DNA of 64,000 nt from contig CBDFJQ010000002.1 of NCBI GenBank assembly GCA_965248575.1, positions 3,232,001 to 3,296,000 on the forward strand, written 5' to 3'. The translations under genes and the position numbers were made by a program. Positions 49,014-56,574 of the stretch are shown here, piece by piece. This stretch comes from Planctomycetota bacterium. GTDB lineage: Bacteria; Planctomycetota; B15-G4. Numbering within the stretch: position 1 is the stretch's first letter; each line of letters begins with the position of its first letter. The notes under the pieces are model-generated. The model was given only the letters and a program-made list of their open reading frames with translations. It was not told the origin of the DNA and did no database searches.

Positions 49014-49258
49014 GGTGAATTACCTCTAAGGGTCTGTCGGGAGATCGGATGGCACAGATCGGACGTCGGGCGCTCTGCGCCTGAGACAAAGTTCGGCCAG
49101 TTAAGGGAGTCACCGATTTTTTGGCGGGCGGGGCGTCCGCACTGACCCAGGACTGGCCGAATTCGGCACCCTAAGGCCTGTTGAGACTGGTAGCGTGGCC
49201 AGAACGGTTTCGCTGCCCGGACCCGACCTTCCCGCCCACCCGCGCCGAGACCCGAACG

Positions 49259-50788
49259 ATGAGCCCACGCATACGGACGACCCCTATCGGCCCCGGTATC
49301 GGCCCAGGACTGCTGCTCGCCGTGGCCTTGCTCGTTGTCTCGTGTGCCCCGTCGACCCATCGCCTGAAGGCCAGCAACTCAAGCGAGCCCCCCCGGCCCG
49401 CCCTCGAAGCGTCGGCGCCCGCAAGCCAGCCCGCACTCGATCGCGTGGAAGCCTATCGCGACACCGTCGACAAGATCCTGGCCACGGCCCTCTCCCAGGG
49501 CAAAGCCTTCGAGTTGCTCTCGGAGCTCTGCACCGTCGCGCCGCGCCGTCTCGCCGGCTCACCAGGAGCCGCGGCCGCAGAGCACTGGGCCCGGGAGACC
49601 CTGCGCGCCCTGGACTTCGAGAATGTGCACTTCGAAGAAGTCACGGTGCCGCACTGGGTTCGCGGCAAGTTGGGCGAGGTGCGCTTCGCGGAGCCGGCGG
49701 AGTTGTCCGGTGACTCGGTCCCCATGTTGGCCCTTGGCGGCAGCGTTGGAACGCCCCCCGAAGGCATCACGGCCGAAGTGATCCTGGCCGATGGCATCGA
49801 CGCAGTCGCCGAACTCGGCGCGGCAGCGCGGGGCAAGATCGTGCTCCTGAATCGCCCCATGGATGCGGCCCTCATCTCCCCCTTCGACGCCTACGGCCAA
49901 GCCGTGGGGCAACGCTCCCGAGGCGCCGTCGAGGCCGCCAAGCTCGGAGCTGTTGCAGCCCTCGTGCGTTCCATGACGCCCAACCACGACGACATCCCCC
50001 ACACGGGCGCGACGCGTTACGCGGCCGATGTGACGAAGATCCCCTTTGCCGCCATCAGCACCAACGGCGCTGACCACATCGCCTCCCTGATCAAAGCCGG
50101 AAAGCGCGTCGTGCTCAACCTGCGACAGGACTGCCAGACCCTGCCCGACACGCAGGGCCACAACGTCATCGCAGAGCTACGCGGCACCGACTTCCCCGAC
50201 GAGATCCTGGTGGTGGGCGGCCATCTGGATGCCTGGGACGTCGGTCAGGGCGCCCACGACGATGGCGGCGGTTGCTGCCAAGCCATCGAGGCCCTGCGTC
50301 TCCTGAAGAGCATGGGCCTGCGCCCCAAGCGCACCCTGCGCGTGGTGCTCTTCGCCAATGAAGAGAACGGCCTAGCCGGCGGCAAGGGCTACCTGGAAGC
50401 CCACCGGGATGAGATGCCCCAGCACCTGCTGGCGCTGGAATCGGACTCCGGTTCGTTCACGCCGCGCGGCTTCACCACCAACGCCAACCCCGAGACCTTC
50501 GCCTTGCTGGAGGCCATCACCGGCCTGCTGAAGGATGCCGGGGCAGGGAGCATCGCCCAGGGTTACGGCGGCGCAGACATCGGGCCCATGAAGGACTCCG
50601 GGGTGGTGCAGCTGGGCTTCGAACCCGACCCGCAGCGCTACTTCAACTTGCACCACACCCACGAAGACACGCTCGACAAGGTGTCGCCGCGGGAGATCAA
50701 CCTGGGCGCAGGCTGCATGGCCTCCTTGCTGTACATCCTGGCGGACCTGCCGGAGAGCCTGACGCGCAACGCGGTGAAGAGAGACTGA
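49259..50788 (+). CDS. M28 carboxypeptidase Q-like peptidase with PA domain, lipoprotein
   Basis: RLAGS, PHWVRG, PHTG, GGHLDAWD, GAHDD, NEENG, ESD, HH. Confidence 0.88.
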   Translation: MSPRIRTTPIGPGIGPGLLLAVALLVVSCAPSTHRLKASNSSEPPRPALEASAPASQPALDRVEAYRDTVDKILATALSQGKAFELLSELCTVAPRRLAGSPGAAAAEHWARETLRALDFENVHFEEVTVPHWVRGKLGEVRFAEPAELSGDSVPMLALGGSVGTPPEGITAEVILADGIDAVAELGAAARGKIVLLNRPMDAALISPFDAYGQAVGQRSRGAVEAAKLGAVAALVRSMTPNHDDIPHTGATRYAADVTKIPFAAISTNGADHIASLIKAGKRVVLNLRQDCQTLPDTQGHNVIAELRGTDFPDEILVVGGHLDAWDVGQGAHDDGGGCCQAIEALRLLKSMGLRPKRTLRVVLFANEENGLAGGKGYLEAHRDEMPQHLLALESDSGSFTPRGFTTNANPETFALLEAITGLLKDAGAGSIAQGYGGADIGPMKDSGVVQLGFEPDPQRYFNLHHTHEDTLDKVSPREINLGAGCMASLLYILADLPESLTRNAVKRD

Positions 50789-50835
50789 GAGGTCGAGACC
50801 GCTGCGGGAGCGGGCAGCGACAGCGCGCTAGCCGC

Positions 50836-51426
50836 TCAGTCGCGCTCGGGTTCCAGCTGGACACCGAGCCCGTCCGCGATGCGGTTCGCGTAGGCGAAGT
50901 AGGCCACGACCAGATTGGCTTCGAGGATCGCCTGGTCGTCTAGACCCGCAGCCCGCAAGGGTGCGAGGTCCTGCTCCACCATCGCGCCGGGGCTCAACGT
51001 CAACTTCTCGGCATAGGTGAGCAGCGCGCGCTGGACGTCCGTGAGCTCGGCGCTGCGCCAATCCTGCTCCACCGCGGCCAGCCAGTCGGCTGAATGCGTG
51101 CGTCGTGTGCGCCGAGCCAGACCGGCCCGGTGGTGCGTCACTCAGTACTTGCAGCCATTGAGGTTGGAGACGACCAGGCCCAGCAACTCGCGGTCGGCCA
51201 GGCTCGTGCGCCCCAAGCGATGCAGGATGCTGTGGTACAGCCGCGCGTGATCTCCCAGGGTCTCGGGCAGCAGGCTGTGCACTTTCAGGATGTGGTCCAC
51301 GCGGCCGGTGTTGGGGTCGCGCTCAGCCTTGTACTGCTTTGCAAGCTCGCCCGTCGCGGTCGCTTCGGGCACCGTCTCGATCCAGGCTGCCCGGGGCTCC
51401 TGCGATGCTTGGTCGTCCTCAGACAC
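50836..51426 (-). CDS. AhpD/CMD-like peroxidase-related selenoprotein (in-frame UGA at 51142-51144, CxxU)
   Basis: Two abutting in-frame ORFs join as VVSNLNGCKY-U-VTHH; C-terminal half has LLTYAEKLT and AYFAYANRIADGLGV; SECIS-like hairpin follows the UGA. Confidence 0.88.
51112..51130 (-). promoter_or_regulatory. Bacterial SECIS element
   Basis: CCGGGCC-GGTCT-GGCTCGG stem-loop starting 11 nt after the UGA. Confidence 0.75.
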
Positions 51427-52543
51427 CCGGCGTCCTGCGCAAAACGATGATGCGGCCCGAGTACCCGCAGGCCACGATGCAGAGCGTCGAACCGAGGTTC
51501 CCCACGTAGTCCGCTGCCATGTGATGCAGGCGGTCGGTGTCCTCGTAGATCTCCGTGGCGTCCCAGTCTCCGTCGTCGAGACCCAGGACCGTGATGGTCT
51601 TCTCGTAGCCCCCTGTGACCGCTTGCAGGCCCGGGGTCGTGGGGTCCACGCGCGCCAGCACGGCGCCGCGCAGCTTGGCGGACTCTTGATGGATGTCCTG
51701 CCGCTCGCCGTTCTCGTAGAGGCCGAGGCTGCCATCGTCCCGGGCCACGAGCAGGCGCTCACCATCCGTCGCCATGCGTGCGTTGCCGGCTGGCGCCAGG
51801 TCGATCACTTCCGTGGCGTAGCCCGTCCCATCCCGACGCAACATGACCAGGCTGCCGTCCGCGCAGGCGATGACCACGCCGTCCTGGTAGACGAGGGCGT
51901 TCTTGGCAGCGCCTGGCAAGGTCCCACCCGAAAGTTGCACCCAGCCCTCATCGGTGAGGTCCATGACCACGGCCTCCGTGTCAAAGCCGGCGAGAACCAC
52001 CTCGGCGCCAAGAGTGCCGTCGAGCTCTGCCACACAGGCGGCGTGCAGCAAGGCGGGCGATTGGTGTATCTCCTTCATCACCCACTCGCCAGCATCCCGG
52101 AAGAGCACGTGCGCCGCACCGGGACCGCCGTCATCCTCACCGCCCGTCGCGATGCCCACGGTGACGATCTCGAGGCCGGGCCGGTTGATGTCCACATCGC
52201 CGAGCACGCACTGCACCATCTCGCCGGGCGCCTGCCCGATGATCTCGTGGGTCCATGCCTGGTTCTCGAAGGCCACCAGATGCACGGCGCCGCTCACACC
52301 CACCGCTACGATCTCGTTGCCGGGTCGCGTGGGGTCGACGTCGCCCACGGCGCAGCCACCCAGCTTCTCGCCGGCCTCCACCGCGATCAGCGACGACCAG
52401 AGGCCGTTGTGGACCCAGGGCAGGGTGTCGGCGGCCTCGGGCCGTTCGACCATCTCCTGGGGTTCCTGGGCACACGCACCCAGGCACGAGAGGGCGAGCA
52501 CTGCCCCAAGCAGAACGGGTCGCGACTGGCGGTGCGTGTCCAT
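51419..52543 (-). CDS. Lipoprotein with FG-GAP-like beta-propeller repeats
   Basis: LGAC lipobox; GDVDPTRPGNEIV, GDVDINRPGLEIV, VDPTTPGLQAV repeats. Confidence 0.75.
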   Translation of the reverse strand: MDTHRQSRPVLLGAVLALSCLGACAQEPQEMVERPEAADTLPWVHNGLWSSLIAVEAGEKLGGCAVGDVDPTRPGNEIVAVGVSGAVHLVAFENQAWTHEIIGQAPGEMVQCVLGDVDINRPGLEIVTVGIATGGEDDGGPGAAHVLFRDAGEWVMKEIHQSPALLHAACVAELDGTLGAEVVLAGFDTEAVVMDLTDEGWVQLSGGTLPGAAKNALVYQDGVVIACADGSLVMLRRDGTGYATEVIDLAPAGNARMATDGERLLVARDDGSLGLYENGERQDIHQESAKLRGAVLARVDPTTPGLQAVTGGYEKTITVLGLDDGDWDATEIYEDTDRLHHMAADYVGNLGSTLCIVACGYSGRIIVLRRTPGV

Positions 52544-52735
52544 CGGGTGCTCCTGCTCTGGGTTGGGCCTGCGCTGGGGGCGCAGCCCGCGGGTGCCATG
52601 GCTGTGAGTGGGTCGCCGGCAGGGAATCCTATCCGGGAGAGCCGTCTGCGATCCACGAGGGGCTGGCAGTGCGGAGCCGATCGGCTCACCCACTTCCCTA
52701 GCGTTCCCAGGCTCCGAACAGGACGCCGGGCGGCC

Positions 52736-54727
52736 TCAGAAAATCTCCAGCAGCGGGTCGGGCTTCGGCCGCTTGAGCTTCATGCTCATGGAGGCGTAGC
52801 CCACCGTGCCCATGTCGCCGCCCAGCGTCAGGCTGTAGGTGCCCGTCACGGGCAGTGTCAGTCCGCTCAGTTTCAGCGTCTTGCCCGACTTCGACAGGGC
52901 TACCAGGCCCGTCAGGTTGAGGGGCTCCCCTCCCTGCGGCGTCACGGAGACGATCTGGGGCAGCAGGCCGGCGGGCAAACCAGCGAGCATGCTGGGCGCA
53001 CCCTTGGGCGGCTTCACCTGGCTGACCTTGGCCGAGCTCAATAACGACCCCGCAACGGCGTCGAACTGGAAGCTCTCGGCGCCGTCGTCCAAACCCACCG
53101 TGAACAGCTGCTTGAACTTGCCGGGCGCCGAGAGCTTGGTGCCCAGCCGATACTCACCACCCTCGAGGCTGGCGCCCAAGGCCTCCACCCGATAGCTGCC
53201 GGTCTGCGGCAAGACGAGCTTCTTGGTGCTGGCCTTCTTCTTGGAGGCCTTCGTGTTGCCGAGCTGTTCTGCGGAGGCCACCAACCACGAGCCGTCCGGT
53301 GCGATCACGCGCAGGGCGGGCTGCAAGCTGCCGGCCTTCTTGTTCACCTTTACGGAGAGCTTGCTGCCGGCCACCGCGTCCATCTCGACGCTGTGCACAC
53401 CGTCCTCGGGCAGGAGGCCGCGGATCTTCGTGCCCGGGGTAGCCGTCGCAACGGGCGCCGCCACCCAACTCAGCAGCTCGTCCGCGCGATCCCCCAGCCA
53501 GAGGATGATGTCGGTGTCCTGGTCCAAGGTCGAGCCAAAGAGCGGCACGGCCTGCACCACCCCCGCCTGGGAGAACGGCCCGGCGTCATAGATGACAAGC
53601 CGCGTGCTCAGGGGGTTCTGGGTCTTCCAGGTGAAGCCCGCCCAGGACGGGTGCAGCATGGAGGCTGAACCGCCCATGATGCCGTTGACCCCTTCGAAAC
53701 CCTGGTCGTCGAAACAGAACGGGTAGGGCATGCACGAAGGGTCGGTGTTCAGCAGGTAGTCCTCGCAGATCGATGTCTCCTTGTAGTGCAAGTACATCGG
53801 GAAAGACGCGAGCTGAAGCGGGTCCGCATAGAAGAGGGGCGAGGCCGCAAGCAGTTCCTCGGTCGAGGCATCGCCGAGCAGGGCGCCGGGCAACTCCGAG
53901 TGACCCTGGTCACCGAAGTGGTTCGCGGCAAGAAGCAGATCAGGGCGGAAGATGGGCCACCACATGGGCGCTCCGCCAAAGGACGCCATATGAGGCTGGG
54001 TGGGCTCGTCGAATTGGCCACCCAACCCCGCGAAGGGCGCTTCGTTTCGTCGGTCGGGGCCGAGGGCCGCCCACATGAGTGCCGCCGAACCGGCGCTCGT
54101 GCCGCGCACGGCGATACGCCGGTGGTCGAGCTGGGACATGAGCTCGTCCTGCATGTTGGCGAAGGGCGCCGTCTTGCGAGCCAGGTGCCGCACATGCTGC
54201 ACGAGCATGACGGCGTCCTTCTCGCACATGAAGTAGTCGCTGGAGTCGTAGGGTGCAACGCCGCTACCCACGAGATCCGGCGGCACAATACCCGGCGCGT
54301 GAAAGAGCCCGTGCCCAGGCCAGTCGGGTGGCTCGCCGAACTCGTCGTTGCACTCGGCGCCGAATGCGATGTCGAAGGCATCCGAGTCCGTCTCCAAGCT
54401 CGGCGTGCTGCGCGCCACGACCACCGCAAAACCCACGTCGAGCAGACGCCCGAAGAGGTTGTTCTCATCAGCAACCTGATCGATGGTGATGGCGAAGGCC
54501 TTGAGGTCGAGATAGACCAACACCGGCCAACCGCCGGGGGGCATCTCCAGCACTTGCGGATCCGGCAGGTAGAGCCGGTACGTCTGCAGACAGTTCCCTT
54601 CCAGCGGCGCGCCGACGTAGGACCAGGGCTCACTGTTCTCGGGCGGGATCAGCTGGGCCAGCAGCCCGCTGGCCCCTCCGAGGGGCGACAGCAGAAAAAG
54701 CAGCAGGAGAGTCAGGCGCCTGGACAT
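52736..54727 (-). CDS. Secreted alpha/beta-hydrolase with two Lys-rich PPC/Ig-like C-terminal domains
   Basis: Signal peptide; RIAVRGTSAG nucleophile elbow; two repeats of DAVAGS...LP.TG.Y. Confidence 0.7.
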   Translation of the reverse strand: MSRRLTLLLLFLLSPLGGASGLLAQLIPPENSEPWSYVGAPLEGNCLQTYRLYLPDPQVLEMPPGGWPVLVYLDLKAFAITIDQVADENNLFGRLLDVGFAVVVARSTPSLETDSDAFDIAFGAECNDEFGEPPDWPGHGLFHAPGIVPPDLVGSGVAPYDSSDYFMCEKDAVMLVQHVRHLARKTAPFANMQDELMSQLDHRRIAVRGTSAGSAALMWAALGPDRRNEAPFAGLGGQFDEPTQPHMASFGGAPMWWPIFRPDLLLAANHFGDQGHSELPGALLGDASTEELLAASPLFYADPLQLASFPMYLHYKETSICEDYLLNTDPSCMPYPFCFDDQGFEGVNGIMGGSASMLHPSWAGFTWKTQNPLSTRLVIYDAGPFSQAGVVQAVPLFGSTLDQDTDIILWLGDRADELLSWVAAPVATATPGTKIRGLLPEDGVHSVEMDAVAGSKLSVKVNKKAGSLQPALRVIAPDGSWLVASAEQLGNTKASKKKASTKKLVLPQTGSYRVEALGASLEGGEYRLGTKLSAPGKFKQLFTVGLDDGAESFQFDAVAGSLLSSAKVSQVKPPKGAPSMLAGLPAGLLPQIVSVTPQGGEPLNLTGLVALSKSGKTLKLSGLTLPVTGTYSLTLGGDMGTVGYASMSMKLKRPKPDPLLEIF

Positions 54728-54942
54728 GGGGAGAGCAGGGTAGGTCGGGTGAGGGTTGGGCGTGAAGGCCGAGACGGCGAACAGGGGTGTGGGAGCCGCT
54801 CAGGGGAAGGGGTCTGCATCGGCAACCGGACCAACGGAAGCTGAGGCCACCTCAGGGGCTAGCTCAGGCCAGAGCGCACGGAGCCACTCTCGCGGGCAAC
54901 AGCTCGGAGCGAGCCGGAGCACACCATCGCCCCCTACAGCGA

Positions 54943-54988
54943 TGGCGGGCCCTCGGGGGCTCGAACCCCGGGCCGACGGATTATGAGT
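54943..54988 (-). repeat. att-like direct repeat of the tRNA-Ile2 3' half
   Basis: 46 bp, 2 mismatches to 56483-56528. Confidence 0.92.
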
Positions 54989-55025
54989 TCTCGGTTGGAA
55001 GTTCGAGCGAGACTGTGGCGTGTCG

Positions 55026-56267
55026 CTACTCGCCGTCGCCCGGGGCATTGACCGGCAGGAGCATCACGGCGTGCTGTCGCCCATTGCGCTCTGCCGAGCC
55101 GACGATGAATCCGGCGTCGTTGATGTCCATCGCGTAGTTGATCCGCCAGCTCTTGTCCGCAACGAGGTCGTCCAGGAAGTAAACCTGTCCGTCCTTCATC
55201 AGGTAGGCCAGCGAATCGTCCCAATCCGACGGCGGCCAGGGCTCGCCCTCCTTCCAACCCCATCCAACCACGTCGCCGTGGCTGTTCACTTCGCTCAGCC
55301 GAGGGTAGGGGGACAGGCCGGCCTCATTCAGGAGATCCTCGACGTCGAGGATGACTCCGTCGCGCAAGAGCCCGCCGTAGTTGAGGACGTCTCCTTGCTC
55401 ATTGATGTCATTGTTCAGGGAATGCGACGCGGTGCCGACCTTGCCCGGCAGCTCTTGCATCGTGCCGTCCTTCCACGTCCACCAGACGGTGTAGAACTCG
55501 CCCTCCCACTGCTCGTCGGGAACCACCGAATAGCCGAGCACGGCGCCGTTCGCATTGGCCGCGACGGTGCGGGCGAATCCCTCCTGAATGACGGTGAGTG
55601 TTTCATCGGCCTCGAGGAACGCTGCGTTGGCCATCTCTATCCCAACGCTCTCTTGAACAGTCAGCGCCAACCCGCCACTTGTCGTGATGCCGCGCACGAA
55701 GACATTCACGTCTTCCTCCAAGGCGAGCTTGAACCCCCACTCCGGCGTCAGCGGCGAACTCAGGGAGGTGGAGTACTCCGACACCCAGCTCGTAAAGGGT
55801 TCATAGGTATCCGCGGGGTGCAGCGTAATCGCGACGGTCCCCGAGGCATTCAGCTCGGGACCGAAATCGCTGGGCCCCCTGAATGACTCCACGAACCGGT
55901 GTTTCTCAAGCGGGAAGAACTCCCATCCCGTTGGACCGGGGCCGTAGAGAAAGACGGCGTGAGCCCCGTCGAGCGTCATCGCCAAGCCGGCCACCTGGTT
56001 CAACTCGTTGATGCTGTGGGCCCAGGAGTCCGAGTTCTGCCACGCGCCCGCAAAGCTCGTGACCGGGGGTGTCGCGTCGCCGAAGGGGTCGTCGCCTGAT
56101 GCCCCGCTCATCCACTCGGGATCTCCGGGTAATGGCGGAGGCGGGCCGAGGGCGAAGATCGTGTAGGACGGCGCCGACGGTGTCTCTGCGCTGAGGGTCA
56201 AAACTGTGAGCGTCGCAATGAAGCCCAGGAGCAGGACTAAGATCAGCCAGAAGGGTGGATTGCGCAT
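55026..56267 (-). CDS. Secreted HAF-repeat-like beta-propeller protein
   Basis: AHSINELNQVAG, NDINEQG, EVNSHGDVVGW, AMDINDAGFIVG...HAVML repeats. Confidence 0.75.
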   Translation of the reverse strand: MRNPPFWLILVLLLGFIATLTVLTLSAETPSAPSYTIFALGPPPPLPGDPEWMSGASGDDPFGDATPPVTSFAGAWQNSDSWAHSINELNQVAGLAMTLDGAHAVFLYGPGPTGWEFFPLEKHRFVESFRGPSDFGPELNASGTVAITLHPADTYEPFTSWVSEYSTSLSSPLTPEWGFKLALEEDVNVFVRGITTSGGLALTVQESVGIEMANAAFLEADETLTVIQEGFARTVAANANGAVLGYSVVPDEQWEGEFYTVWWTWKDGTMQELPGKVGTASHSLNNDINEQGDVLNYGGLLRDGVILDVEDLLNEAGLSPYPRLSEVNSHGDVVGWGWKEGEPWPPSDWDDSLAYLMKDGQVYFLDDLVADKSWRINYAMDINDAGFIVGSAERNGRQHAVMLLPVNAPGDGE

Positions 56268-56482
56268 GCCCGACTCCTTGTGAATGAGATGATCTTCTTC
56301 CGGCGGGTTCTTAGAGCGTAAGCGAGACGAAGCCGCTCGTGTGAGCCCTCGAACACGTGGTGTTGGCCGCGAGCTTTTTGGGGGAAGCGGACGGAGTGAC
56401 CGGGAGGGACACGGGTAGCACCCCGTTGGCTGTCAACTTGGCTGTCTGCCCATGGCCAACTGCGCGAATTCGTGCTCAAACA

Positions 56483-56559
56483 TGGTGGGCCCTCGGGGGC
56501 TCGAACCCCGGACCGACGGATTATGAGTCCGCTGCTCTAACCAGCTGAGCTAAGGGCCC
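56483..56559 (-). tRNA. tRNA-Ile2 (CAT anticodon, lysidine type)
   Basis: GGGCCCTTAGCTCAGCTGGTTAGAGCAGCGGACTCATAATCCGTCGGTCCGGGGTTCGAGCCCCCGAGGGCCCACCA; paired G1-C72, C4/C5, encoded CCA. Confidence 0.93.
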
Positions 56560-56574
56560 CCAGTTCGGAGCAGC

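Larger units (their letters stand above)
54943..56528. mobile_element. Integrase-less genomic islet at tRNA-Ile2
   Basis: Bounded by the tRNA and a duplicate of its 3' half; single cargo gene; TTGGCTGTC direct repeats near the tRNA. Confidence 0.75.

Noticed and set aside
51142..51144. Genome-wide UGA reassignment (genetic code 4 or 25)
   Set aside because: Many conserved genes here (kdsA, rluD, arfB, mce) end properly at TGA
54943..54988. Second tRNA gene
   Set aside because: Only the 3' half is present; D-arm and 5' acceptor strand are missing
56483..56559. tRNA-Met/fMet call for the CAT anticodon
   Set aside because: Paired 1-72 and no triple G-C anticodon stem exclude fMet; the acceptor stem resembles Ile2, though elongator Met is not formally excluded
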